From Octopus vulgaris (taxonomy: Eukaryota): a stretch of DNA of 64,000 nt. The position numbers and the translations under genes were made by a program. Positions 44,493-58,619 of this stretch are shown one piece after another; position 1 is the first letter of the stretch, and each line of letters starts with the position of its first letter. The stretch is taken from positions 64,666,001 to 64,730,000 of the forward strand of contig OX597830.1 of assembly GCA_951406725.2 (NCBI GenBank). Reading direction: 5' to 3'. The notes beneath the pieces are model-generated. The model did not search any database. It saw only the letters and a program-made list of their open reading frames with translations, and was not told the DNA's origin.

Positions 44493-44530
44493 CCTTTGAC
44501 GTTTCGAGCCATCGCTCTTCTACGGAAAGG
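44493..44530 (-). ncRNA. Minimal hammerhead-like motif (core variant)
   Basis: CCUUU-CCGUAGA-A-GAGC(GAUG)GCUC-GAAA-CG-UC-AAAGG; stems intact, core deviates at positions 4 and 6. Confidence 0.45.
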
Positions 44531-45142
44531 AAAGAGGAGAGAAATCTTTTTTTGTTTGTGCATGGTACTCACGAACGTTTGACAAATGTCGTTGGCTCTT
44601 TTACGTCTCCATAACGTGAATCGGCGTAAAGGCTGATAAAGGAAATAACAGCCTTAAAAAATAAGTACTGGGGTCGACTTGTTCGACTAAATCCTTGAAG
44701 ACTGCGACCATTCTGGGGCACAGTGTAATGGCTGGAACATAAACTTATCATTGTAGCCTTTTATACGAAATCTCGGTCAGAGAAGTGGGCCAAACTTTAT
44801 ATTGTATGAGGGAAATTTGGATTACAGCCGACTCAGAAAATAGTACACAATTTATAACGATATATGGTTCTCTTAAATAACTCCTCGCTCTCTTTACACG
44901 TCACTGTATGTGCGTGTGGGTGTGGGTGTGGAAGTGTACGGGTGTGTATAGATTCATGTTTATAAACGTATATGAATATATGTATGTGTGTGATCTGTGT
45001 GTGTGTGTGTGTGTATAATGTATATGTGAACAAATGTATGTGTCTATAAGAAATTGGAATATTGAGTTCTAACACCAGGTTCTTAGCATTGCAACGCCTA
45101 AGATACACACACACACACATATATATATAAATATATATATAA

Positions 45143-45276
<134 letters not shown>

Positions 45277-45499
45277 CAAACAAGTAGGTATCATGTACTA
45301 AAAAAACTTTCACTAATGAAGTTTTCCTGTTCTAAAATAAAGCTGTTGCTATTACGTATCAGAACGACCCTAATAGCACTGGGGATTTGAGGGTTATTGA
45401 GGACATTGAAGCAATGATATTTTGTTCCTCTTTGTTCATCTGAACTACAATTCACCTGATCCCCACTCTCTCTCTCTGTCTGGCTAGTGTAGCACTACG

Positions 45500-46055
45500 A
45501 ATACTTGAGCGCTGGTTTCACTATGTGTGTTGAACGTCCATCTATCTTGAGCGCTGGTTTGACTATGTGTATGTTGATCGTCCATCTCGTTGACAATGTT
45601 CTTGTTTCAATGCGTGAGCGCTTGTTTGACTTCGCATGTATTGAACCCCTACTTCACTATTTTATTACCCGTTAGGGTATCTCTATGACTATCTGAGCGC
45701 CTGTTTCGCCGTCCGTTTGTTGAACGCCCATCTCACTGTTTTCCTATTTGGCCATACATCTGTATGATTACTTCAGCGCCTGTTTAATTGTCAATCTGTT
45801 GAGCGACCATCTACACGTTTTATTATTGTTAGTATTTCTTTGATTACTTGAGCGCCTGTTTATCCGCTTGTCTGTTGAGCGTCAGCATATCTGTTTTATT
45901 ATCTGCCAGAGTAAATGGAAGACTATTTAAACGCCTTTCAAAGAGTTTCATAGTTGAACATCAGTATCACGGGCCAATTATCTAATTATCTATATATTAA
46001 ACTGCTTGGGAGTCTATTTAGCAGTTTGAAAATTGAGCGTCCATTTCACCGGTCT
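45500..46055. repeat. Degenerate ~79-bp tandem array (7-8 units)
   Basis: gagcgc-type box at 45507, 45549, 45616, 45695, 45774, 45850, 45929, 46008. Confidence 0.8.
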
Positions 46056-46094
46056 TCAATTGTTACTGGTCATTTACATTACTGGTGCGGCCGC

Positions 46095-46587
46095 TGTCTT
46101 CTTCTTCCAATCAGGACTCACGCCATTAGCCACAAAGAATAATCTCTAATTCGAGTCTACTCTAAGCTACTAAGAATGCGTGTGGCAACTTGAAGATCCA
46201 CCCACCACAGGCGATAGGCTGGCGGTTGCACGGGCACGAAAGCTACGTTGTTATCCTCATTCCGTAAACGGTGGCTTTTAACGGGTGGAGAGCTGAACCA
46301 TCCTGGGGTATAGAGGATTCGCAATCTAAACTAGGGTCTGAAAGTTTACCCCACCATAGTGGGTTACACTATGGTTCCTCTGATTTGTGGCAGAAGTAGG
46401 ACGAAAAAGTGAGAGAAAGTTGTGGTGAAAGAGTACAGCGGGGTTCACCCCCACCCCATCCTGCCGGAATCTCGTGAAGCTTAGGTGTTTTTGCTCAATA
46501 AACACTGATTCCCGGTCTGGGAATCGAAACTGCGGTCTTATGACCACGAGTCCGCTGCCATAACCACTGGGCCATTGCGCCTCCACT
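46095..46587 (-). mobile_element. SINE family C reverse copy
   Basis: Reverse complement of the 27101-27590 element. Confidence 0.85.
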
Positions 46588-47049
46588 GTTACTGCTTTTG
46601 TTGTTATCGTTGTTGCTCCTGTTATTTAGCAGTAGATCTGCCGTTATAAAACAATTTTATCATCAAAGGCATTCCGGTCTTGACCATCCTGTCTTATGTT
46701 TCAATTTTCATGCATAGTGTATCTAGAGCTACACCATCCAAAGTGTCCTTGTTTTTATTCCTTAGACGCTTTGCTCCATCGTGTTATATTTACAGCTGTT
46801 GGTGGTTGTGCGAATGTTCTTCTTATTACAGTATTTGCCTCTCGTTGTTGTAACTATCGCTGTCGTCACCGTTGTTGTTGTTGTTGTTGCTGATAAGGAT
46901 GTTATCTTGTTGTTGTTAACGACGCTGTCATCATCGCCATCACCGTTGTTGTTGTTGTTGTTGAAACCCATATAGTATATGCACCGACATGACACCGACG
47001 ACACTATGCTGTGTCTATTACAAGTTTTATGTCAGTTGTATTACCTAAC

Positions 47050-48800
47050 ACAACCATCGCAATCACCTCCGTCGGCACAGCCACCATCACCACCACCATC
47101 ACCACCACCACTACTGCTATTACAACCACCACAACTACTACCACCACCACAACACCACCACCCACCATCACCACCATCACCACCACTACTACTACTATTA
47201 CCACCACCACAACTACTACCACCACCATCACCACCATCACCACCACTACTACTACCACCATCACCACTACCACCACAACTACTACCACAACCACAACCAC
47301 CGTCATTACCACTACCATCACCACCAGCACCACCACTACTACTACCACCATCACCACTACCACCACAACCACCTTCATTACCACCACCGCTACTACCACA
47401 ACCACAACCACCGTCATTACCACTACCATCACCACCAGCACCACCACTACTACTACCACCATCACCACTACCACCACAACTACTACCACAACCACAACCA
47501 CCGTCATTACCACTACCATCACCACCAGCACCACCACTACTACTACCACCATCACCACTACCACCACAACCACCTTCATTACCACCACCGCTACTACCAC
47601 AACCACAACCACCGTCATTACCACTACCATCACCACCAGCACCACCACTACTACTACCACCATCACCACTACCACCACAACCACCTTCATTACCACCACC
47701 GCTACTACCACAACCACAACCACCGTCATTACCACTACCATCACCACCAGCACCACCACTACTACTACCACCATCACCACTACCACCACAACTACTACCA
47801 CAACCACAACCACCGTCATTACCACTACCATCACCACCAGCACCACCACTACTACTACCACCATCACCACTACCACCACAACCACCTTCATTACCACCAC
47901 CGCTACTACCACAACCACAACCACCGTCATTACCACTACCATCACCACCAGCACCACCACTACTACTACCACCATCACCACTACCACCACAACCACCTTC
48001 ATTACCACCACCGCTACTACCACAACCACAACCACCGTCATTACCACTACCATCACCACCAGCACCACCACTACTACTACCACCATCACCACTACCACCA
48101 CAACCATCTTCATTACCACCACCGCTACTACCACAACCACAACCACCGTCATTACCACTACCATCACCACCAGCACCATCACCCCTACTACCACAACCAC
48201 AACCACCGTCATTACCACCACCACTATTACCACAACCACCGGCATTACCACCATCACCACTACTACCACAACCACAACCACCGTCATTACCACCACCACT
48301 ACTACCACAAACACCGTCATTACCACCACTACCACCACTACTACCACAACCACAACCACCGTCATTACCACTACCATCACCACCAGCACCATCACCCCTA
48401 CTACCACAACCACAACCACCGTCATTACCACCACCACTATTACCACAACCACCGGCATTACCACCATCACCACTACTACCACAAACACCGTCATTACCAC
48501 CACCACCACCACACCACTACCACAGCCACAACCAAAACCACCGTCATTACTACCACCACCACCAGCACCACCACTACTACAGCAATCACAACCACTGTCA
48601 TTACAACCACTATTACTACTACAACCACCACCACCACCGCTACTATCACAACCACAACCACCGTCATTACGACTATCAACACCACCACCACGACCACCAC
48701 CACCACCAACACTACTACCAGCACCGCAGCCATCATCATGACCGTCACCACAAACACCACTGACAACAACAACAAACCCCTAATCACAACCATCATAATC
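47050..48800 (+). repeat. (ACC/ACT)-based minisatellite with 111/90-bp units; open Thr-rich and Pro-rich frames
   Basis: ccgtcatt marker at 47300, 47411, 47501, 47612, 47723, 47813, 47924, 48035, 48146. Confidence 0.9.
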
Positions 48801-48957
48801 ACACACCCACCACCAACCTCACCACCAACCTCACCCCCACCCTCACATCACTCCACCTACACCGTCGCACGCCTCTTCACAGATTCACCAGCAAGGAACC
48901 CATCAGTAGAGCCTCCACCTCATTAACACACGACTGCCTCATATCATCACCCTAATA

Positions 48958-48997
<40 letters not shown>

Positions 48998-50011
48998 ACA
49001 CGCACACACACATACACATACACGCCACTACCACCACCACCACCACCACGCCGACACCCCATTACCACAAACCGCAAAAATATACATTATTAACATCATT
49101 AAGGCCCACATAATCTGTTCCATAACATGATTCATTAAACCAGCACATTACTACTACCATGACCACCACCACTAACACTACTGTCTCTCATACCACTACC
49201 ACCACCACCACCACGACTAATATCACTACCGCCACTGTCACTCATACCAACCATCACCACAACAACCACCACTACAACCATCACCTTTACAACCACTACC
49301 ACTACAATCAGAACTACTACAACCATCATCACTACCACCACCACCACCAACACCACTACAATTACTACCACTACAACCATCACCACTACTAACACCACCA
49401 CTACAACCACCACCACTAAACCACCACTATCACTAAAACCACCACCATTACAACCACCATCACTACAACTACTACTACAACCGTTACCACTACAACCAGT
49501 ATAACCACCACCACAACACCCGCCAACAGTACAGCCATCACCACTACAACCACTACCACGACAACTATTAACACTACAACCGCCACCATCAACACTACTA
49601 CTACTACCACTACAAAGACCACCACCACCACTAGTCTCACTACCCCCACTACCATTCCACCACCACCGCCTCTATCCTTGCCATTACTGCTACTACCACT
49701 AATACCCTAACTACTACTATTGCTCATCCGAAGACTTCCATTTCACTATCATTTTATTCTGCAACTGTCACCCTAACCCCGACGCATCTACTACAACACC
49801 GTCACACTTCTACAACGGAATACCATAACAACCTCACCATATCCGGTACAAATATACGGCCATTCCGGTTCAAAACCGCACGCAGTGATGTATGTAGGTG
49901 GACTGGTCCATTCAGAGCCGAAAATACTTGTTCCCTACTGACGACATGGGTTGCTCGGGATGCAATTTGAATCGTAATGGTTCGAGGTGGTAGAAGAATA
50001 TATAATGTGGA

Positions 50012-50785
50012 AGGCAGCGAGCTGGCAGAATTGTTAGCACGCCGAGCGAAATGCTTTGCAGTATTTCGTCTGCCGAGGTCGACTTTGCCCTTCATCCTTT
50101 CGGGGTCGATTAAATAAGTACCAGTTACGCACTGGTGGTCGATATAATCGACTTAATCCGTTTGTCTGTACTTGTTTGTCCCCTCTGTGTGTAACCCTTT
50201 GTGGGCAGTAAAGAAATAAGTAGCGTTAGCACGCCAAGCGAAATGCTTAGCAGTATTTCGTCTGCCGATACGTTCTGAGTTCAAATTCCGCCGAGGTCGA
50301 CTTTGCCTTTTATCCTTTCGGGTCGATTAAATAAGTACCAGTTACGCACTGGGGTCGATATAATCGACTTGATCCGTTTGTCTGTCCTTGTTTGTCCTCT
50401 CTGTGTTTAGCCTTTTGTGGGTAGTAAAGAAATACGTATTTCGTCTGCCGTTACGTTGTGAGTTCAAATTGCGGCGAGGTCGACTTTGCCTTTCATCCTT
50501 TCGGGGTCGATAAACTAAGTACCAGTTATGCACTGGGATCGATGTAATCGACTTAATCCCTTTGTCTGTCCTTGTTTGTCCTCTGTGTTTAGCCCCTTGT
50601 TGGTTGTAAAGAAATACGTATTTCGTCTGCCGCTACGTTCTGAGTTCAAATTCCGCCGAGGTCGACTTTGACTTTTATCCTTTCGTGGTCGATAAATTAA
50701 TTATCAGTTGCGTACTGCGATCGATCTAATCGACCCGTCGCCTCGCCAAAAATTTTGGACTCTGTGCCTAGAGTAGAAAAGAATA
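50012..50785 (+). mobile_element. Head-to-tail chain of four SINE family A units
   Basis: Units start at ~50012, 50221, 50436, 50618; the first three end in tail type 1, the last in tail type 2. Confidence 0.9.
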
Positions 50786-51193
50786 TTTATATCTATACAA
50801 GATTGAAATATTTGTGCAGTTAGTACACTAATTATTCACCTAGTAAGTTTTTCAGTAATGACTATAGAGTTAAGTAGTATTTAATATCTAATAGTGAGTG
50901 TTTATTTTGCAGATTTGAACAAAGGTTCCGTCTTCTTAGGCTCTATAGAAATATTGAAGCCATAAACTGACCTAATGATCTGATTTGGCAGAGAGGTCCA
51001 CTTAAAAAATATCTTGAAAAAGCAATATGGAAGTCGACTTTGCCTTTCATCCTTTCGGGGTCGATTAAATAAGTACCAGTTACGTACTGTGGTCGTTATA
51101 ATCAACTTAATCTCTTTGACTGTCCTTGCTTGTCCTCTCTGTGTTTAGCCCCCTGTGGGCAATAAAGAATAAATATATACGATACGCTAGAAA

Positions 51194-51410
51194 GGCGGCG
51201 AGCTGGCAGTATCGTTAGCACGCCGGGCGAATTGCTTTGCAGTATTTCGCTTGTCTTTACGTTCTGCGTTCAAATTCCGCCGCGGTAGACTTTGCATTTC
51301 ATCCTTTCGGTGTCGATAAATTAGATACCCGTGGCGTACTGGAGTCGATCTAATCGACAGGTCCCTTCCCCAAAATTTTCGGGCCTTGTACCTAGAGTAG
51401 AAAAAAATAT
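51194..51410 (+). mobile_element. SINE family A (tail type 2) with TSD
   Basis: atatacgatacgctagaa on both sides. Confidence 0.9.
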
Positions 51411-51869
51411 ACGATACGCTAGAATCGGAACTAGAGCAACGAGTAAATAAATCCCATAGGTGTATACTTGTACTCGACATATGTTCACGTGAGGCTCTAA
51501 ACTAGCCTAAGTTTAGTCAAACGTTGGGGTTTGATTAGTCAAGGTGTTACTAGTAAAATATTCCAGAGATGCTGGCCTAAAGAGGCGAACCATTCGTAAG
51601 TGAGATGTTTTTTAAGATGTATTTGGTTGTGTTCCAATATTGTTTAACCATTTCCTATTGGAACATACTAACTCCATCTGTACGTGTACTGCGATTCTGA
51701 CACGTGTATACAATTAATCTTTCCGAAGTCCCTGTGCCCAACTCTCTCTCTCTCTCTCTGTCTCTCTTTCTGTATATATCTACATAGCTACGCATATACA
51801 TTTTACATACATTCATAAATACATATACATATATATGTACATAACTATATATGTACACACATTTATATG

Positions 51870-51918
<49 letters not shown>

Positions 51919-53106
51919 ATGTGTGGTGTGTGGGTAGATATATATATATATACATATATATATATCTGTATATATATATATATGTACATACATATATATA
52001 CACGCACACACACATATATATATATATGTGTGTGTTTGCGTGCCTCTGTAAGTATATATGCACGTTTATATACATGTATATACATGCATGCATGGATGGA
52101 TGGATGGATGGATGGATGGATGAGAAAGAAAGGAAACGGTATGTAAATGGTGTTAAAGGTAAATACAATGTTAAGTGTTTAGATAAATATTTAGAGAAAA
52201 ATGTCAGAACGAAAGGTTAACATCACGTGACCGGTTGCGGTTGAGATCAAAGAAGAATTTCTCGGCAGGTAAGGTGGTGATGAGGAAGTAAATAACGGGC
52301 GGGGTAGTAGTGGTAGTAGTAGTAGTAGTAGTTGTAAGAGGTGGGGGAAAAGAGGGGGAAGGAGGAGGAGGAGAAGGAGGAGAAGGAGGAGAAGGAGGAG
52401 GGTGATAAAATTGGCAGAGGTAAAATCCTGTAAGTATTCATTTCGTTTGTCTGTGCGATATGAGTTCAAACCTCGCTGAAGTTAACTTTATCATACATTG
52501 TTTCTGGGACGTTCAGTAAAGTGCCATTTAGTACTGGGTTGATTCTTCCCATTCTCTCTGTTTCTCTTTTTCGCTTACCGATTCTCTTTCGTTTTTCTAC
52601 TCTTTCTCTCTTCCCCCTCCAGCTCTTTTTCTTTCACCCCTCTTTCCTTCTCCTCCTTCTCTTTGCTCTCTTCATTTCTCTCTCCTTTTTATTCTCTCCT
52701 TCATTCATTTTTTCATTCTGTCTTTCTTTCTTTCGTTCTTTCCTTCATTCTTTCATTCTTTCTATCTTTCTTTCTCTCCTTTCATTCTTTCTTTCTTTCT
52801 TTCTTTCTCTCCTTTCATTCTATCATTCTTTCTCTGTCTTCCTCTCTGTTATTCTTTCTTGTCTCTCTCTCTCTCACTCTCACCACACCACACCACACCA
52901 CACCACACATTTTTGGCTGTTTCTTATGAGTAATAAACCTCACATATATAGTTACTCAACTGGCGGCACCATACTTCTGCTGGAGTTCAACTTAGCTCGA
53001 ATTCTTAGCTTCAACCTTATCTAATAAATTGTTGCGCACTTAGCACACCTGCTTATACACACACACACTCACCCATAATGCATGTTTATGTGTGTGCGTA
53101 TACATG

Positions 53107-53191
<85 letters not shown>

Positions 53192-53299
53192 GTATTTGTA
53201 TATGTATATGTATATATATGCGTATGTGTGTGAGTGTGTGTGTGTGTGTAAATTTATATAAATTAAAGTTATAAAGCTTGAAAGAAAAATTATAAGCCA

Positions 53300-54255
53300 C
53301 ATGTCTCGGAAAATAATGGGAATTGAGACAGTGATTGAAGAGCTAATGAAAAAATTTACTACACTTAAAAAGTAAGAAGTAACAAATAAACTGGATATGC
53401 GAAATCGCCATTTTGAAACCAACCAAAAGCGCTTATTTGATAATCATGACGGAAGTGAAAGAAATTATATTGTAAATCTGAATCCTGAAGAAAACCAAAT
53501 GTCTGAAGAGAAATTTGTGGATAATGCCATGCATAATGATTAAGCACAATGGATAGGCATGGCGAAAAGTACTCTGAAATGTTGAGATACAGAAGGGTTG
53601 TACCATCACGAACACAAAGATTAGAGTGCAGTTAATAACGGTTGGAAACGAGAAGGTTGTGTGGAACAGAGCTTGTCTATAGCTATAGGCTGGGAGATTA
53701 AACAAATCTTCGTGAAACTACAGTAATAAAGCTAAATGAATTTATGTCAATGGGTGAGGAGTGCCACTATGGTAACTAAAAGAAAATCTTATAGGACATT
53801 AAGAAAAAAATATCAAAATCAAATTGAAATGAAACGTTGATTCAAATTACCGTCCAACTACACCTTTGCCGGCGATACAGAAACATGTAGCGTGAATAAT
53901 TGTAGAAAACATAAAGCTACAATGATAAACGGAAATATTTGAAAGTCTTACGAAAGAAAGGGCAGCGCAAAAAGGAAATAAAACTGAAAGATCGATAGTA
54001 ATTTTGATGATGAGAATTTGATAAAAGAATGACAAACGCGTGTAACTTATGGATTGATGATAAAATCACGCAAAGTCTCGTACGGCACTTGGGGAACAAG
54101 CGTTGTCTAGAATTATTCAAGATCTCGGCAAAGGTTATATACCTGCAAAAAAAAAAAAGAAAAAGAAATGCACAGACACATTGAGATGGAATTATCTTAA
54201 AGAGGGGAAGATATTCAATGTACAGATTAGAAGTGGAATATTACAAGTGCACAAC
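53300..54255 (+). mobile_element. Very degenerate R4/Dong-like reverse transcriptase relic
   Basis: Residual motifs [21 protein letters not shown] (NYRPITCL-like) and IRSGILQ (GIFQG-like); many stops. Confidence 0.6.
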
Positions 54256-54335
54256 CTTTTAATTAATACCGTTTATACAGTCATACATGCAAACATACAT
54301 AGCTACATACCTACATTACATCATTACATACATTC

Positions 54336-54366
<31 letters not shown>

Positions 54367-54813
54367 TGTATGTATGTATGTATGTATGAATGCATGTGTA
54401 CACGTATATGCATACATATATATAATACTGTATAAACGATTTAAGTATTTATACACGAAAGAGGTAACCTCTGACAGGATACCTTACATGCTAGAAAGGG
54501 CAGTTAAAACCCAAACCACGGATAAAAGCAATTTCAAAGCGAATGAAAATTTAAAAAAATATTTTTGTAGTTACCCTCAGACGCAAATTTCTGTATCAAT
54601 GTGCAAATAAATTAATTTGCCATCTGTACTTCATCAGTGAGGTGGCTAAAATTAATGCAAAGTTATGCAGCAAATAGCACCGAAAACACACGTGCTGTTT
54701 ATTTATGCATTATAATTTTCAAATCCACTGCGCAGTTGCAGTTAAATTTAGTAGTAAATAATAATAAAAAATTAAAACTGCGTACCAAAGAGGTTTTTAA
54801 ACTACGAAAATTT

Positions 54814-54967
54814 TACTGTGAAAATACGAGGAGTAGAAAATTTAGAAAAAACTTTCATACCGGTGGGCATTATATATGAAAATATGTTGTCTATTGACTT
54901 TATTACGCATGCTAGCCAACGGTATGAAAATCTTTCTAAATTTTTTATCCCTATTATTTCCACAGTA
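54814..54967. mobile_element. MITE-like element with ~48-bp imperfect TIRs, TA-bounded
   Basis: tactgtgaaaata...tttcataccg versus cggtatgaaa...tatttccacagta. Confidence 0.6.
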
Positions 54968-55394
54968 TATATATTCTTTTATTCCTTCTTTTATTCTTCT
55001 TACTGCTTCAGTCATGCTGGGATACCGCCTGTAGCCGAGCAAATCGACCCCAAGACTTATTCTTTGTAAGCCTAGTACTTATTCTATCGGTCTCTTTTAT
55101 GCAAGCATAATCAAGACACATTTTTATGTTTCTTGATTATGCTTGCATTGACGTTTAAAAAGTGCAATTTTTTGCACCAATTATGAAATCATATGATCTG
55201 CACCTGAATCTGTTTTTAAAAGGCTCGCTTCGAGAGTTGCATTCCCTCGCGTTGGGTACAATGTGTTTATTATGGTAGTTTTGACTTTAAGAGTCCCTCC
55301 TAGCGTGAGGCATTTATGTATAGTAATGCCCTTAATATAAATTATATATATATATATATAAGTATATGCATATATGTACATATGTGTGTGTGTA

Positions 55395-55426
<32 letters not shown>

Positions 55427-55628
55427 GTAAGTAGCTTACTTACCAACCAGATGGTTCCGGATTGAGTCCCACGGGGCGTCTTCGGCACGTGTCTCGGCCG
55501 ACCAAAGCTTTGTGAGTGGATTGGGCAGACGGAAAAGAAGCCCGTCGTGTATATATACATACATACACACGCACACACATATATATGTATATGTATATCT
55601 ATATATTATATATATATATTTATATATT

Positions 55629-55698
<70 letters not shown>

Positions 55699-55715
55699 TT
55701 ATATATGTACATATT

Positions 55716-56360
55716 CTAGCGGGCCTCTCGGCGTTCGGCCCTATCTGTACGGCGTTGAAATGTATTTATAAGGCACATGTTGGCATCATTCGTAATGTCT
55801 ATTTTCCTTATAATAAAAATTGCTAAAAATTATTTAAATATTGTAAACATAACTTTACAAATTTATTTAGAATATCTAAATGCAGAAAGTAATATAGATG
55901 ATAATAGAAAAATGTATTGTACGAAAATTATAAAACATTTACAGAACTTTTTTTGTTTGAAGCATCTGTGAATAATCTTTTATGAGCTTCCTACTCTGGA
56001 ACAACCTACATACAATTGACCATGTGAGAAAGAGCCGTCTTCTAGACGGAGAGCGACAACCTGCAGTGTTTGAGCTTGGAACTTATTAATGGTCAATGCA
56101 TAACTGACTCTCACCGGGAATTGCAATCGTTTGAAACGGAAGAGAACATCTGTTGGTATTAGTGGCATTCTAGGAATAAATACAAAGTCTCCTTTACTTC
56201 GATTATGTGAGGGTGAAGTTCAGTCACAACCATACGTGTTCCATTGCGCAATCTTGGCTGATCCAGGCTTCTGAGAAGTAATGATGACTGCGCTCTCCTT
56301 CAATTGAAGGTTGTGTAGCGGCATACCAGACAGTTCCAGAAAGTTGGGTAATCCAACAGG
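55716..56360 (-). mobile_element. Helitron 3' fragment with Pif1 helicase relic
   Basis: LELSGMPLHNLQLK, LLRSLDQPRLRNG, FIPRMPLIPTDVLFRFKRLQFPVRVSYALTINKFQAQTL...FSHGQLYVGCSRV; terminus gggccgaacgccgagaggcccgCTAG. Confidence 0.88.
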
Positions 56361-56605
56361 ATAATGATCAGCATCGTACTCGTCAGCGACTTTGTTGATA
56401 GAATTATAGATGTGGCTTCCTCCGTCCCACCTCTATGTGACTTGTTTTTTCTCCCTGTTTTTTTTCTATCTGTCTCACGTATTTTTTCTCTAGAGAGAAA
56501 AAGAGATATAGGTAGTGAGAGACAGACACATATACAACCAGAGAGAGAGAGAGAGAGAGAGAGAAAGGGGGGGAGGTAGACAGTGTGAGAGACAGACATA
56601 GAGAG

Positions 56606-56642
<37 letters not shown>

Positions 56643-56643
<1 letters not shown>

Positions 56644-57036
56644 TAGCAGTATCGCCCGGCGTTGCTCAGGTTTGTAAGGGAAATAACTATATAAGCATTT
56701 TTAGAGAGTTATAGCCAAAAAATAGCAAAAAAATGCATTAAAAATGGAAAAAAATGATGGTAAATTTTTTTAAATCATTGACTCATCGTAGACATTTTTA
56801 GAGAGTTACTTCCCTTATATAATAGCGAAAAAATGCATTAAAATGGAAAAAAATGATGGTAAATTTTTTTAAAATCGTAGACTCATCGTAGACACGCGCT
56901 AATACCCGGAAGGGCTCGATATGAATCACGACTATAAGATACCCGGTTTTGGTTAAACTGCACCGCAAAATGTGGGAGTAGTTAGGAATCTAAATCGTAG
57001 GAGACAGACACACAACTTCACTTTTATATATAAAGA
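56643..57036 (-). mobile_element. Non-autonomous Helitron (copy 2), complete termini
   Basis: Minus strand A|TCtttatatataaaag ... gagcaacgccgggcgatactgCTAG|T: 5' TC, 3' CTAG, AT target; internal ~100-bp duplication. Confidence 0.9.
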
Positions 57037-57948
57037 TGAGAAAGCAAGGGTGCAGCGGGTCACTTGTTTTTTTCTTCGTGGTCAAAATTAACTGCAGTTA
57101 TATGTACATTCGTGTACCTGTGGTAAGTCGTGTTATGTGAATCAGTTGTAAATATAATTATCACGTGACACACTCTGTGAGAAAACTTTTATCCGCCATG
57201 TTACAGACGTTCCAAAAATGGCGTGCTTTCCATCCACTAAGAAACAAATCGTATTATATTATTTTATTTATAATAATGCTAAAAATTAAAAGGACCTCTA
57301 CGCTGTCTTTTCTAGCTCTTATAAAATACTAGAAGCATGGTTCTGATCTATGAATAATTTAAACAAATTAAAGCTAAAAAATAACAACAAAAGAACTTTA
57401 TTTTACTCTCTCTTTCTCACTCTCTTTCAGCATCTGGAATTTGATTTTCTTTATAATTATAGGAAAATCTGTGAAATATCAGAGATTTTATTTCAGTCGA
57501 TACCGTGGGGGTCAGAATCATAATGAACTTAAAAAGAAAATGTTCAATAGAAAAACAAACGCAAAAACTAACAAATATAAAACAACACATACACACATAT
57601 ATATATAAAAAAAGATAAACTTTACGTATGGCATTCATTGTGAATATCTTTTAATTAGAGGAATAACATGTCAAAATAGTAATATAAACGTGAAGCGGTA
57701 TGAGGGTTTTAAAAATAAACAAATGGAGCCGTATGAAAATCTGTCTTCCAGTGCAAATTAGTAAAACGGATATACGATATTTTACTATAATATAAGTCTA
57801 TAACTAATATAGATAAAATATGAAGTACTTTCGTACTGCAGCAGTTCATCTGACGCCTCCTTTGAGCGAGGATGTTTTTAGTTGTTTCTGTATATATAGA
57901 GATATAAGCATATATGAACACACACACACACACACACACACATGTATG

Positions 57949-58013
<65 letters not shown>

Positions 58014-58265
58014 CTGTATATGTATGTGGATATGTATATACTTATATCTATCAATCTATCTATATATATATATATAAATACATATGTGTGTGTGTATATA
58101 TATATATTTATATATATATATATATATATTTATGTATGTGTATGTCTATGTAAATGTTTTTATACGCATTTATGTGAACAAACATAAGTATCTATCTATT
58201 TATCTATCTCTCTTTCTTTCTTTCACTCTCTCTTCTCTCTATATATATATGTGCGTGTGTGTGTG

Positions 58266-58308
<43 letters not shown>

Positions 58309-58331
58309 CATACATATATATATATATTTAT

Positions 58332-58411
<80 letters not shown>

Positions 58412-58619
58412 GCTTATGTGTGTTTGTTGGGTTTGTGTATATTAGGTCCTGAACCCGTTTAACTTACATAATAATTCCATTTTCACATAAAAATGTTTTG
58501 AAGATCAATTGAAAACAAACTCAATCATTTTATGATTAAAGTTGTGTAACTGTATCTGTCTTAAGTTACACATGCGGTCGGAAGTATCAAAAAAGGTTAA
58601 TTAAGCAGTAGACGAGTTC

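Noticed and set aside
45500-46055. CRISPR array
   Set aside because: Eukaryotic context, repeats too degenerate, linkers mutually homologous, no cas genes.
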